DNA of 43,828 nt from Basidiobolus meristosporus CBS 931.73 (GCA_002104905.1 MCFE01000702.1:1-43828); one strand, 5' to 3'. Positions 13,201 through 25,699 are shown, counted from the first letter of the stretch. Numbers and translations are program-made. The notes: generated by a model not told the origin, from the sequence alone.

Positions 13201-14655
13201 ATGAGCGCATTCGCAACACCCAGAAACATACGCAAGAAGAGAAATTTCAAGAACCTCGAGCTGACGAACTCCCCAGTGGTCCATGGTGCAGTAGGTAAAG
13301 ACAACTGTTACAGCGCAGACATGTCCGGGATCGGAAGCGGAGTGCTTTACGACCAGCTTTCTAATTTGGAGGTTGGTCTGGAGTTTAAGCTAGATTTGCG
13401 GCGCGAGGATTTACAAACCATCCATGAACTTGGCTCTGGCAACGGTGGAACCGTCTCTAAAGTCCTCCACGTCCCCACCAAGACAATCATGGCTCGAAAG
13501 GTAAGCTTCTACCCTTTCCAACTCCTCGAGGGTGCTGTACTCAGGTGGCGATTTCTCCTAGATTGTCCATGTCGAAGCGAAGGAGGCAGTAAGAAAGCAG
13601 ATCATTAGAGAGTTGCAAATCATGCATGACTGTAACTCCCCTCACATTGTATCTTTCTACGGAGCCTTCATGCACGAGAACGATATGAAGTTTTCCATTT
13701 GTATGGAATACATGGATATGGGGTGAGGGTTTCTCAGCAAAGACGGCACATGCTTTCGTTACTTATACGCTTTTGTGTGTCTAGCTCGCTTGATTACCTA
13801 TACAAAAAAACCGGACCTATCCCAGAACCAGTCCTCGGAAAGATTACCTATGCAGTGAGTAGCTTTGATTGTCACCTGAGGGAAGGCAAACTAAGCCATT
13901 TGTTCTAGGTTCTCGATGGTCTCACCTACCTGTACGACAATCATCGTATTATCCATCGAGGTACTTGGCATGTGAACCACACTGACATGCGATGATTTAT
14001 TGATCTCGCTGCAACATCTAGATGTGAAGCCGTCGAATATTTTGATCAACTCTGCGGGCCTGGTGAAGATCTGTGACTTTGGAGTCTCGGGAATCCTTGT
14101 GGACTCCATTGCCAAAACGTTCGTTGGTACCAGCCAGTATATGTCGGTTAGTAGGCCCTGTGGTTGATCGTGGTTCCAACCAGCAGACTTAGCAATCCCC
14201 TTGATATGTGTAGCCTGAGCGAATCTCCGGCGCTACTTACACGGTCAAATCAGATGTGTGGAGTCTTGGAATCTCGTTGCTGGAGCTTGCGCTAGGCCGC
14301 TTCCCGTTCCCACAAGAGGGAAAGCCTCTTTCTGTATTCGAGCTGCTCGAATTCATTGTTCACGAGGAGATGCCTAGCCTGCCAAGTGGACAATTCCCCT
14401 CCGACTTCGAACATCTGATTAAAATATGGTAAGTACTCGGCCGCCACAGCTTGCGAAGACCCATGGTAACCTGTTTCTGTAGCCTGGTGAAAGATCCTGC
14501 TAAAAGACCAACGCCCAAAGAGTTGATGGTAAGTCGGTTTGTCCTACTGCTCTTGGAGATGTACTAATCCATGGTTCGCGTAGTCCCACCCCTACGTTTT
14601 GCGCACACAGACCGAGAAAATCGACATCGAGAAATGGGTTCAGTCTATTGCTTGA
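13201..14655 (+). CDS. STE7: MAP kinase kinase, Ste7/Fuz7/Byr1 type, 8 exons
   Basis: Docking motif [11 protein letters not shown]; GSGNGG loop; HRDVKPSN; DFGVSG; activation loop [18 protein letters not shown]. Exons 13201-13500, 13562-13722, 13785-13854, 13909-13960, 14022-14146, 14214-14428, 14483-14528, 14584-14655. Confidence 0.95.
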
Positions 14656-14934
14656 AACGCCCCCGTCCTTCACCCTGCCCTCTACCTTGACATAAACACG
14701 AATTCTTCCAACCATTCAGTTTCTTTTTATTTCCATTCCTTCGCCCAAGTGAAGCTACTTGATATTCGGTAAATAATGGTAGATTGGTTTAGTTTTGTCC
14801 ACGATAAATAAACTAGACATGATTTACACGTGACATCGAGGGTGTGCAGATTGGTTGGATCGCCAATTGAAATTCGTCTTCCATGAGGAGCATTTCTCTC
14901 CGTTTCACGGTCAGCGCACCAAACCGCCTCGCGT

Positions 14935-15987
14935 ATGAATCACTTGGAAGATTATTTCGATAGTAAGTGTAGAAGCGTCTCCACCACCCATCCAATTCTA
15001 ACCTTATTCTAGCGCTGGATTCGCTTCCGGCTGAGCTCCAGCGAAACTCCACGTTATGGAAGGAGGTAGACGGGTCATGGTTTGGTATGCAACGAAACGA
15101 GCGGACAAGTAAATTGCGCACCGAGGCTGATTTGGTTGCTTAATTGAATAGAAAACCTTGACACCCACGACAGCACCCTAGACGCTTTTCTGAGTACCAA
15201 CCAGGAAGAGAAGAACACCCAAGATAGATTGTCCACTTTGAGGGAGTTGAGCCAATGTGTTGGGGAATATAGCAAGCAAGACGCCAAGAAACTGGCCCTT
15301 GCCGTGAGGCTGGCGGACACGGTACTGGTGGAGATTTCGATTGGGTTGTCTGCATTCGCTGATCCAGGCCCCCTTTATCAATCACGTTCTCTTGTAGGTA
15401 GATCGCCACATCCAGAGATTGGAATATCATTTCCTTGGTTTCCAAGAGGAACTTGCTGGAGATAAAGCTCTGAAGGAAACGAACAAGGAGGCATCACGTG
15501 ACCGAAAGGATGCCAAGAAAGGTATGCACCATCAAAGGCAACAGCACTCCTCATATGACGAACTCATGAGCTGTCGATAAAGGGAATAGCGTTAACGCAA
15601 GGTTACAGCAAAGCTCCACCGGCGCACGACATACTAGGAAAGACGAGGATTCATTGGACCAAGGGGTCAAACGGTAATCTTGTTTACTAAACAGGCGATT
15701 ACGTAGTAGTGTACTCATCCAACTCGACCACAGCCAGGAGCTTGGCATTGACCCGAACGAACCTACCTATTGCTATTGTAATCAGATATCGTTTGGAGAG
15801 ATGATTGCTTGCGACAACGACAACGTAAGGACGGTCGATGTGTTTGGATTCAAACGGTTGCTAAACGTGATTTTTCTAGTGCGAGCTGGAATGGTTCCAT
15901 TATCAATGTGTTGGTCTGAAAGACCCACCCAAAGGTGCCTGGTACTGCAAGGAGTGCCAAGCGAAAATGAAAAAGCAGAAGCGCTGA
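14935..15987 (+). CDS. ING-family (Yng2/Pho23/ING-like) PHD-finger chromatin protein
   Basis: Not seen as one ORF in the track. Exons 14935-14962, 15013-15084, 15152-15321, 15398-15521, about 15583-15673, 15734-15824, 15880-15987 give [21 protein letters not shown]...[20 protein letters not shown]...[51 protein letters not shown]. The acceptor of exon 5 is the least certain boundary. Confidence 0.92.
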
Positions 15988-16215
15988 GCCCCGTTCCCAC
16001 CCTATTTCGTACCCATGTATATATCTTAGAATGGTGTTCGGCAGCAGATTACCCGCAAGATGGAAGATCATTCGAGCAGCATTGAATAACATTTTGAATA
16101 GGCTTTTATTAATAAACATATATAACTAGTCGATTGAGTAATGGATGTACAGTCACATTCACGTATTCCTGCGGGTATTTACAATTACAGAGGGTCCACT
16201 ATTTTACATCCCAAC

Positions 16216-16818
16216 CTAAGCGGCCACCAGTTGCTGATAAGAATCCTTAGATGACACAAACCTCCTGAGCCATCTGACCACATCAAAGCCAGTGTCTTCA
16301 GCCATGGTGAGGAATTTCAGCTGGCATTCAAAGCCTGAGGGGACGATCCATCTTTCATCCTCGAATTCCCCTGCTTCCACGGAATACTTGAACTGCCAGG
16401 ATCCCATCTGACCGACCTGGTTTTGCTTCATGGCCAGGAACTTGGGCGACGCGAGTAAGGACTCTCCCTGGGATGTGATATCGGAGATTCGGGGGGTCTG
16501 GAAGTATCCATTGTCGTAGAAGCGTTGCTTCACTGGCTTTTCAACGCCAAACACCACGGTACCGGTGGCCAGGTTGTACTCGGGGTTGCTGAAGCGAACG
16601 GTCAGGCGTCGGCGACCCTCCTGGTCCAGGACCACCTGGGGAGCCATGGATTCCAGGGAGTTCAGAAAGGCGCCGAATTGCTTTTCGTCGAGCTGGGTAT
16701 TCTGCATAGACATGTTGGTGAGAATTGGGATATCTGGCTTGTTGCAAGGGGGTCTTTTATACCCGGCCTTCATGTCCCGAGCGCTGGACGTCCACTGTGG
16801 TTTCTGAAAGTGGTACAT
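16216..16818 (-). CDS. Hypothetical protein (5' end unresolved)
   Basis: 200-codon ORF with gene-like C/G-ending codon use and globular-looking sequence. No family recognised. The start could be a downstream ATG or an upstream exon. Confidence 0.6.
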   Translation of the reverse strand: MYHFQKPQWTSSARDMKAGYKRPPCNKPDIPILTNMSMQNTQLDEKQFGAFLNSLESMAPQVVLDQEGRRRLTVRFSNPEYNLATGTVVFGVEKPVKQRFYDNGYFQTPRISDITSQGESLLASPKFLAMKQNQVGQMGSWQFKYSVEAGEFEDERWIVPSGFECQLKFLTMAEDTGFDVVRWLRRFVSSKDSYQQLVAA

Positions 16819-17472
16819 GCAAGCAGATCATCTAAAATGGTGGACTTTCGGCCAATTCGTCATTGGACATCGATGATGGCAGTGATGTGATAAAAAGTAA
16901 TCGCTGCTTCCATCCCGAGCGAATCCTCTGCCCATGCTAAGCGATGATGATTCAAACCAAACCAGGTCTAGCAGATTTGCTATCCAGGGTATTCGATTAC
17001 CCACCGATGTCTTCTTTTTGGACCAACCGATCAGTTGCATCCGTGATAGGTGCAGCCGAATGCAGCCGAATTCGTGACCATGGGGGCCGAAACCCTACCT
17101 GCCTGATTGGTATCGAGTCGGTGCGAAGCATGAACGAATCCGGAATCAGCAGAGAACACTCCTGTAGAATCATAGTTCCGAGGCCGCTACCAGATGGAAC
17201 GTTCTTTGTGGATGATTTATACCGCGGTGCATCTGGAATCCTTACTGAGGGATTTATTTTTACAGGGTGATTCGTTTCGACCTCCTTACTTTACAAGGAA
17301 TTTGGAGGGAGCTAGATGACGGTGCGTAGTATAGATATGCAGGTGAGGTGATGAATATAAGTCTATGATGTGATATGTAAAGAAGCGATGGGGGCAATTA
17401 TGCGGGATTAGTGAATGGGGAATGTAAACTACATGGGGAGGAATAACGGGAGGGATGGGGCTTCTCTGGAGT

Positions 17473-19297
17473 TCAAGCGTCCAGGTCCATGAGGTTGTCG
17501 GCATCTCCAATGGACGAGTGCCGGTAGTCATCGATGTTGATGACAGAGCCGGTATTGCGGGCGTGTTCAGCAGCGAATACGTAAAGCTGGTTTTCTACAC
17601 GGGTAAGTGTTAAGCAGCAATCGACAAGCGCAAGCTCAGTCCGTGTGCCACCTACCTAAAACATCTTGGGATTCACAAAAGACACGCCCCTCGGTACTGT
17701 ACACGGTTACACACTCGAGAAAAAATCGGATGACTCCATAGTCCCCATCTAAAACAAATCAAATCAGTCTCGTTTCTCCTGGATGCCTCTAATGCCATGA
17801 TACGTACTGCTGGACGGATCATCTTCATGCTCGTCATCTCTCTCGGGTCGAATGATCTCGCTTCGACGGGTCAGGAAATCAAAGTGACGCACAACATGGC
17901 CATCGGCCTCCAGCTCGCCCAAAGTCCCGAAAATCCTCGTCTTGCGCTCGCACAAAGATTCAGTGCAAGCTACCATAGTGAAGTTACAAGTCTTGCCGCC
18001 GTCGAATTCCATGTTGATGATCTAATGCAAGTCAAGGTTAGGGGCGATCTTCCGCGTGTCTGGTCGCTCGTGGAGGGGCCATACCTGGTTATCACAGGAA
18101 TCCCCAGCTTCACTGTCCGAAGCGTCGTCCTTACAGTCGTAAGGGCTGACGAGATTCTCGATTTCCTCAATGGGACTATATACAGGGCTAGCGATTCGGG
18201 ACCTGTCCGACCAAGGGGAGTTTTCCAAGTACATCTGCTGCGCCGAAACGCAGCATTCCTGCTCATGGGGGCATTGCCGGCACCGGGCGGAGAGTCGGAT
18301 CTGGAAGTTCTTTCTCTTGTAGACATGGTAGAGGCTGCCGAAGGAGCTGACCCGCCGGCACCGAGTACCCATGAACCAAGAGATCAGATCGATGTCGTGG
18401 ATGTTCTTGGACATCAGTGATAGCGTGCTCTCTCGTTTTTTCAACCCGCCGTGGGAGACCGTAGGGAAGGAGGGTCGGAAATGATGAAAGCCAATGGGTT
18501 CCATGTGCTGGATGCTCATCACCTCTCCGATCGCCCCCGAGTCAATCATTCGTTTCATGGTTCGGTTGTAGGCGCTGTACCGCTCGGGGTGGCCAACCAT
18601 AAATATCACCTGAACACGAGATTTAGTCCACCTGAACGGCTTTTCATACGTAGAATAACTCACTTACGTTGTGCTGGATGGCGGCATTGACCACTTTGAG
18701 GCATTCGCTCAGGGTTAGTGAGGGGGGGTTCTCCAACAACACGTGATATCCGCTCTTAATGAACGCTAGAAATTCGCTCGCGTTAGAACAACAACACCAT
18801 CGGGATCGACGCATCACAACCAAATACCTAAGGCCGAGTGGTAATTTTTCGAGTCTAAGTTGGAGATGATCACCGAGTCGGCGATTCTGGGCCGCATGGA
18901 GAGCTGTCCGTAACATGCACGGTTAGCATGTGGGATCAAGAAGCGGCACCATGAAAAGAAGCGGGCTTACCTCTCGCCAGTTTGAAAAGATGTTCTCGGA
19001 GGAGATGTTGTGTCTCTGTGAGGAGTGGGTCGGGTAAGAGAGGATGGTCACGAATGTATCCAAGCAAAATCAATATGAACCTTGGCTAGATTGAATCGTC
19101 GGAATTCAGTGGGCGAGGCAACACCCACGATTCGTAACAAATGGGGGTTTTTAATGGCAAAATTGGCGTACAAAGATCCCCTACACAATGGCCGGTTATT
19201 AAACATTCGTGCCAAGACTCGCTCAGGCCAATATTCACCTGTTTCCAACCCCAATGATGCATGCGGTCACCACTGGACCATGAGAAGAGGGTAGCAT
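17473..19297 (-). CDS. Divergent Gfo/Idh/MocA-family oxidoreductase, 9 exons
   Basis: MLPSSHGPVVTACIIGVGNR|GSLYANF (Rossmann GxGxxG), SALAFIKSGYHVLLENP, IFMVGHPERYS, GAIGEVMSIQHMEPIG, KNIHDIDLISWFMG, CDNQ|IINMEF, ERKTRIFGTLGELEADG, and terminal LYVFAAEHAR. All eight introns are GT-AG and keep frame. Confidence 0.85.
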
Positions 19298-21170
19298 GAA
19301 GGAAGTCGTTGTTCAGAGGTGGGGTGAGGGAGTGGGGTAGATAAGGTCAGCTTTGCGAATAATCCTTGATGATGTTACTGAGGGGGAGGAAAAAATACAG
19401 AGTGGAAGCGGCGAAAAAATAAGAAATCCCCGGCCCCCAACGTCCTTTTATTTAACACGGATTCTCCTGGAGACACAGCATCAGTCCAGAAAAGGCTGTC
19501 GGACCAAAATGAGCCATTTGCACTCCTACTCTCAATGCCTAGCCCCTCTGGTTCATTCACTAATTCCCGTTACCGATCGGGTTTGTTTTAAATGTTATGT
19601 GAAACCCAGGTTAATGAGAACCTCCATCGAGTGCGCGAATATGTGAAAGAATAGAATTACTATGGCCTTCAAGACCGTGAATGGCCTCTTCAACCGTCAG
19701 TATGTCCCCGCACCATACAACCAAGCGTCATTCTCTCCTGCTTGCCGCACCCGTAAGCATAAGGTGGACCGGGGTAAAGAAGGGTCTAGAACTCAGCGAG
19801 GGAGAACGTACGCCACGTGCATCCAGATCGGAAATGATCAAAGCAAAATAGATAATTCATGCCTTCGTGATATCTAGTTGAAAATTCCTGCACAAGATCT
19901 AGACCACCTCGTACCACATTACCTGTCCAATTTGACTACCTCCATTCATCCATTATAGTAAATCAACGGAACTCGACCCTATATGGGCATTGAAGGTTAG
20001 TTGGATGTACGGTCCATGATCCCACGTATTATATTAAATCCTTATGGAGGCACGCGCTGCTGTATGTCGTGAAGCTACCATAACCCATCGCTATCATCAT
20101 CTTCATGATGCAATCTACCTGAGCCGTACATTCATGCACAAAGGTGATTTCCTAGAGCATGTGCCATTCCGTAAATTGCCAGAGCAGTCTGGACCAGCGT
20201 CCTGTGACCAGAGTCCGGGGAAATGTGAGCATTTCGTGGCCTTTATATTGCTGTAGATTGACTCAGCTGCAGGACGTTGCGAAGGCTGATTGTTTATCTC
20301 GTACATGCCAGATGAACCGTTTCAGACACGCCTTCCCAACTGCTCCAGGGATTCGCAACCTCACGCACCATCAAATGCATGCATGATCCTGTAAGGCTAA
20401 TCATCTACAGCCACCAAGTTCTAGACTCGGTATGCCATCGTTAATTATTAATCAATTAAGTACATGAGCCTGCATTACAGCGGAGGAGCCATTCCTGCCA
20501 CAACGTTCCTCAACACTGCAGGCAAAGGTTCTGGTGCCGTCGGTGGGTAGTCCGGCTGCCCTCCTCGCTGCTCACCGGCGCAACTCCGGTTTCCTCTTGT
20601 TTCATGGAGCTTGGCCATCCCAAGATTCCCAGGAATCCCACCGACAGTATAAAATTAGCGCTCGCTCAGTCTCTCATATGCAGAGATGAATCCGGAATCA
20701 CCATTGCTGGTGACACTTGCCATAACCAATGATGTATATTCCGGTGATTAAACTCGGGGATTCAAGGGTAATAAATCATCACCAATGGCCAATGGCAAAT
20801 GATGGTGGTTTGCAGAATACTCGGCGAGTAACCATGGTGGTTGATTAATCTCTAGATGAGATTTACTCGAAATAGATGGATTCTGGAGATCGAGACTAAT
20901 CGCTATTTAGATGGGATGGGGGATGGCAGCGCACAGATGAGTCGGTAGTTTATTACATCACAAGAGGGCTACAAACGAGTCGGTTTATTACATCACAAGA
21001 ATGCTATATAGGATGGAGACCAGTTAAAAAGGGATCTAATAGTCGAATTAGCACCTCCATCGAGCATCAAAAAGATGGGGAGTAACATATGTAGGAGGTT
21101 GGGAAGTGAGGGATGTGAGGGATGTACAAAAGTGAGTAGTCTAGAAAATAAGGACATTACGAATATATAT

Positions 21171-22325
21171 TTAAATCAATGAGGTGCGACGCTTAGATAC
21201 TTGGCTTTGGGGGTTGCAACTCTCCGAGTTGGGAAGGTTGGTCTTCGTGGAGAGGGTGTCCTCAGCAGATGGCGCCATGCCAATCGAATCAACGATTTCG
21301 GACGGGGGGTGGGCATCCGTGCTACTGGAGGGGGCTCCGCTCGTGTGTCGGGTTTGGTGGCTACATGATGAGTTGGATGGGCAGCAGCAATCGATTTCCG
21401 CCATGTCAGCTGACCTCAGGCTCCCAATACTGTCTGTCGTGAGCGAAGCCGATAGGGGGCCGGATGACCCATTATTTGCATGAACATCTTCGGAAACTTG
21501 TGCGAGCATCTCCAAATCATCGGTGCTGCTTTTGATTTTTTTGCTGGCCAGATTGGATCCTTGACGGCTGCGGCGGCGTCTGGGTGGGGATAGGACGGTG
21601 GGTGATTTGGCCGATGTCGAATACTTGGCATGGCGTTGTTTGTCTCGACGCACTGCCTCCTGTAGCAGGGTGACTTTGATTCGGTAGTCTAGGTTGGCTG
21701 AGGTTTGAAGATAGCTGAAGAACTCCGATAGTCGTCGAAAGTCCCAGTCTGAAGTCAGTGCAGCCAAGAAGCGCTCCTTCTGCTTCATGCAAACCCATCC
21801 ATTCATCAGTCCCCCAGTGAGCTGTGCGAGTGCGTTGCAACTCCAATTCTTGGTCAGATCCTTTACCAGATGGGCTCTTCTCCGCTCAGCTAAATCCAAC
21901 ACCGTTTGTACTGCCTGTTCAGTCATGTCTGGCATGGGAACCGCCCAGTCGAGGGTGATATGGCGAACTAGCAGAACTACCGACTCTATGCGCCATTCAG
22001 TGATAAGCCATTTCAGTGCGCTAATAATACGTTCCAAAGTATATTCGTTGGCAATGCGATGCAAATAGACCGAGGTGACCAACACATTCTCCTCGTTTTT
22101 CAGCCATGTATAAAAGGAGGCGTCGTACAGGGAATCCATCTTTCGGATGTTTGCATTGACATCCTTCCAGAAATCGTCCGATTTGGGGGAACCTGTTGAA
22201 CAAGGGGTGTTTAGCGAACGTCCCGCAATGGAAAGAAAAGTGACTTGGCGGGTACCTGTCTCTAAGGAAGCGAATTTTCTTTTACGGAAAGAAGGGGTGG
22301 AGTTGGAGCAAGAAGGTGAACTCAT
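21171..22325 (-). CDS. Hypothetical protein with Trp-spaced helical repeats (about 384 aa)
   Basis: Intronless ORF; track start 22337 is TTG, first ATG 22325. Basic NLS-like RKRK near the N-terminus, a central helical block with repeated LxxxW units, and an S-rich tail. Confidence 0.75.
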   Translation of the reverse strand: MSSPSCSNSTPSFRKRKFASLETGTRQVTFLSIAGRSLNTPCSTGSPKSDDFWKDVNANIRKMDSLYDASFYTWLKNEENVLVTSVYLHRIANEYTLERIISALKWLITEWRIESVVLLVRHITLDWAVPMPDMTEQAVQTVLDLAERRRAHLVKDLTKNWSCNALAQLTGGLMNGWVCMKQKERFLAALTSDWDFRRLSEFFSYLQTSANLDYRIKVTLLQEAVRRDKQRHAKYSTSAKSPTVLSPPRRRRSRQGSNLASKKIKSSTDDLEMLAQVSEDVHANNGSSGPLSASLTTDSIGSLRSADMAEIDCCCPSNSSCSHQTRHTSGAPSSSTDAHPPSEIVDSIGMAPSAEDTLSTKTNLPNSESCNPQSQVSKRRTSLI

Positions 22326-23161
22326 ATCTACTTCCAATAAGTAGGCGAACTAACTAGTACCAAGGATAGCTTTGGTGGGTTGAGGTAGTGGAGAGAAAGT
22401 GTGCAGCGGGGGGGGAGAGTATATTAAATAAAAGGGGGGCTACTATGAGCGATTTTAATCAAGCGCAAATAAATTGAGGGGCAGGAATTATTGTGGACAA
22501 GAGCTCTTCAATCCGATTATGAATGATAATAAAAATAAGAATAATAAAAGCGTGTGTGTGGGCGAATAAGCAACGTAGTAAAAAATGAGCGGCTCTTGTG
22601 TGCAAGTGAGTTCAATTTATCTTGTTGAGTGGCCGCCAACATAAGCTTTTCCCAAATCGGGCAATGAAAGAAGATTGGGTAACAAAGATGAGTGACCAAT
22701 GGATCTTGTGAGAAGATTCTGTACATTGTTCATTTGCTGACTGACTGTGATGGGATTGGTACAGTGAACCCAGAGCCGGCTAGAGATTAGGCTGATGAGT
22801 AATAGAAGTAGCGTCGAATTAGACGGAAGTTGCAATTATTGCTGGGCAGCTTTGGTTAGAAAGGTTCCAATCGAACTTGGGATCTCTCTCGCAATGGCTA
22901 TGTCCACCATTGGCCGCATCAGCACACTTTAAAAACTGCTGTTGCACAATACAATTATGATTGAAAGACAGTAGGTGGCAGTAAATAATCAAATACTCGT
23001 TTCAAGGACATTTCATTGTCACACACGAACAAGAAGCTATTGGTTTGGTTTGATTTCTTTGGCTCTAGCTGTACCGATACTGTACCGATGCTGCACCTTC
23101 TCCTACCATCACTCACCACCTCATCGTTGGATTTCTCTTCATTTCTTGAGCTTCATCCCAA

Positions 23162-23188
23162 CCCACTCGACCCACTCGACCCACTCGA
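23162..23188 (+). repeat. (CCCACTCGA)3 tandem repeat
   Basis: Three exact 9-mers in intergenic DNA. Confidence 0.9.
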
Positions 23189-23330
23189 CTCGTTCCTTCG
23201 AATTTCACATTTTTGTGGTGTCCCGATTCAGAGCGGTTGGATAAAATAGGGAGTGATGACCGAGCTACTGTAACGTTACCAAATCCACACTGATTCCAAT
23301 AGAACGTTGACTCAACGGCGAAAAACAAAT

Positions 23331-23354
23331 CACCAAATCACCAAATCACCAAAT
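23331..23354 (+). repeat. (CACCAAAT)3 tandem repeat
   Basis: Three exact 8-mers in intergenic DNA. Confidence 0.9.
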
Positions 23355-24036
23355 TTGCCCACAAGCCCACCATACTTGGTGATCATTTATCCAATTAATG
23401 ATGGGAATTCACCTAGTTGGATGTGGTGGTGGGTGCTTGCTCGAACAGAAGATTGGTTTTGACCACCTTAATGATTATCTGGCAACAACGGCGATGGTGC
23501 ATGATCTTTCGGGTTTTCTAAATTTAGTGTGAGGGGTGTTTCTGTTAGGTGGTTCTGTTGAGTGTTTCTGTTGAGCTGGTCCAGACCATGTATTTCATTT
23601 GCCTCATATGCTATTTGATTGGAACCTTCCTTCACGAACCCATGATGAAACATGAGAAGTTTCACCCGTACGGAGTCCCTTAATCCGAATGATCTGTATA
23701 AATATAGATAACATGCTTATCTTGCCACTCTAAATGAGCATAATCTGTTTATCCCGTGGCGTTACATGAATACAATCTGCTTATCTTGCGGGTTGGGATG
23801 TCCACATGTAAGCTGGATGATCCTTCGATCCATTCACTGTCCTTGGCGCTTAACAATGCATAAATTCACCTACGGAGCTTTCATGTGTGTAATTAGAAAC
23901 ATAAATTTAGCACAATGGTCATTTCCTGCTACGCCCCCTCTTCGTATAAAGGTGTCCGCCCGCCTGACTGTTTGGTATCTTCGTATCACTACCTTCCCCT
24001 TCGTCGAATATGAGGATACATATATTACTAGGGTGG

Positions 24037-24989
24037 ATGAATATCGTGGCTTTATGTGGTAAGCTGGGGCAATGGTTGTGGTCTTTGGATGATTGGTCTG
24101 AACGTGGTTCATTGTAGTGGTGGGACAAGGAATTGCCCCAGATGCACACGGCATAAACTCAGGTATACACCACGGTGACACAGGAGTTTGTGAACCGATT
24201 CTTGGGTTAATTTTATCTTCCATATTCTGTAGTTGCACAACCAAGCTCTGTGCCAACCAAAGCTAATGGTGACACGTCCAAGGCTACAGCGGCTACTCCA
24301 ACTAGTGTGACAAGTCCACCTGTTAGCGTTTCAAATCCTACAACTTCACATGTCGAGACTACTCCTATACCTACTCCCACTCACACTGTAGCAACAACTC
24401 CCATAACTACCTCTAATCCCACTCCAAGCCTTTCCATTTCCCATTCAGAGTCCATCGTGACCCCGCCAACAAGTCAAGTCACTTCCAATGGAAACAGTAT
24501 GACGAGCAAAAGTGACCCGGTGAAGCCTTCCACAGCCACCCTCAGTAAGTACACCGTTTCTGTGGTTAGAGTACTCCAACTAATTTTCCAAGCAGCCGAT
24601 CATTCTATCATTGTTAATCCACCCATTGTCACGGTAAATAGCCATTTTGAAATTCGCCCCTCCCCCGAAACATCTGCCTAACCCCATCATTCCACCAGTT
24701 CACTCTACCCGGCTCCAATGGTGTTACGGGACCACCGATAACCCTCAGCATTCCCAGCACGGCATCCGGCTCAGCAGTTACGACGCTGCCTAATTCCGAT
24801 GTGGTCAAAGATGTGGTCGTTACAGCAACTGCCCAAGTATCGGGATCAGACGCCGTAGTCCTAGCAACCGTCAGAGTAACTGGGAAGCCTGTAGCTCAGA
24901 ATTACATCAGCCCTGGAAATACGGTCCATGCACCCCAGGGAGTGTTGCTAGGAATATTCTCTGCCGCGTTGTTCTGGAGACTCTTATGA
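24037..24989 (+). CDS. Ser/Thr/Pro-rich putative GPI-anchored surface protein (5' end uncertain)
   Basis: Short exons (MNIVALC|VVGQGIAPDAHGINS|VAQPSS...) lead into a mucin-like T/S/P tract. Introns start at 24545 and 24634. The C-terminus ISPGNTVHAPQGVLLGIFSAALFWRLL looks like an omega site plus hydrophobic tail. The true start may lie further upstream. Confidence 0.55.
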
Positions 24990-25074
24990 AGGAAAGAGGC
25001 AACATAATGCGTGTAGCATAATAAAAATCGCTTTGACACCCATTTTATTTACGACGCTGAGTCCGATAAGGTAC

Positions 25075-25699
25075 CTACCACCATCCAACACAATACATCG
25101 CGATACCAAAAGCGGCACCCATGTAGGAGCCGAGCCTTTTTGCTCTCTCGATGAGAAATCCACTCCCAGGCAAAAGTATGTTGACCAAATCCTCAAACGG
25201 GACAAAATCCTCCTGTTTCTTGATCCGATACTTTCCAAAAGACTTGTCGAAGTCCAACAGCACTGTTAGCCGTATCTCAACTTGGATCAGCGGCATATGG
25301 ATGGGTCGTACGGTCTGCGTCAGTTTCATCATAGCTTTAGATAGCCCCGCATCGAACCATATCTCCTGTACCTCGGGAATGTCTTCCCAAGTAAGTCCTG
25401 GAGAGTATGTTAGTAAACGGCTGCTGGTAAACACCGGTAATGCCTGTATACCCTTCCAACACCGGTAAGCTTGGATGATTCGTTCTTTTGAACCTGGCCC
25501 AGGGAGAATATGAATTACTGGGTGAACGAATTCGCTGTGTTCGCAAAACACCCGCTCCAGTGTTTCCCGCTGGCTTTAGAGGTCGTTAAAGGTGAGAGAA
25601 CTTGAAGGAGTCCCGTCTTGAGTGAACTTACATCTGCGGCTTGACTGTTCCCAAGGCGTTTTTGACTAACAAAGGGAGTTCCTTAACTGGGTCATCCAT
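25075..25699 (-). CDS. Fungal NTF2/SnoaL-like fold protein (SigF-like NTF2 family)
   Basis: ATG 25699 MDDPVKELPLLVKNALGTVKPQI, intron, QRETLERVFCEHSEFVHPVIH...SKERIIQAYRCWK, a probable 54-nt in-frame intron, then VEIRLTVLLDF...YRIKKQEDFVPFEDLVNILLPG. Family assignment is from recalled motif pattern (MDDPV, FxHP, YxIxxQxD). Confidence 0.65.

Noticed and set aside
1720-14655. Homeodomain gene near a Ste7-type kinase as a mating-type-like locus
   Set aside because: Only one homeodomain gene with no divergent HD partner, and no pheromone, receptor or HMG gene. The neighbours are ordinary housekeeping genes.
14813-16119. Series of minus-strand ORFs of 65-102 aa suggesting a membrane protein gene
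   Set aside because: They are antisense to the spliced ING gene, which explains the region with strong family motifs.
20948-21000. 18-bp direct repeat GTTTATTACATCACAAGA with 35-bp period
   Set aside because: Only two copies in a 3' flank; most likely a local slippage duplication with no sign of function.
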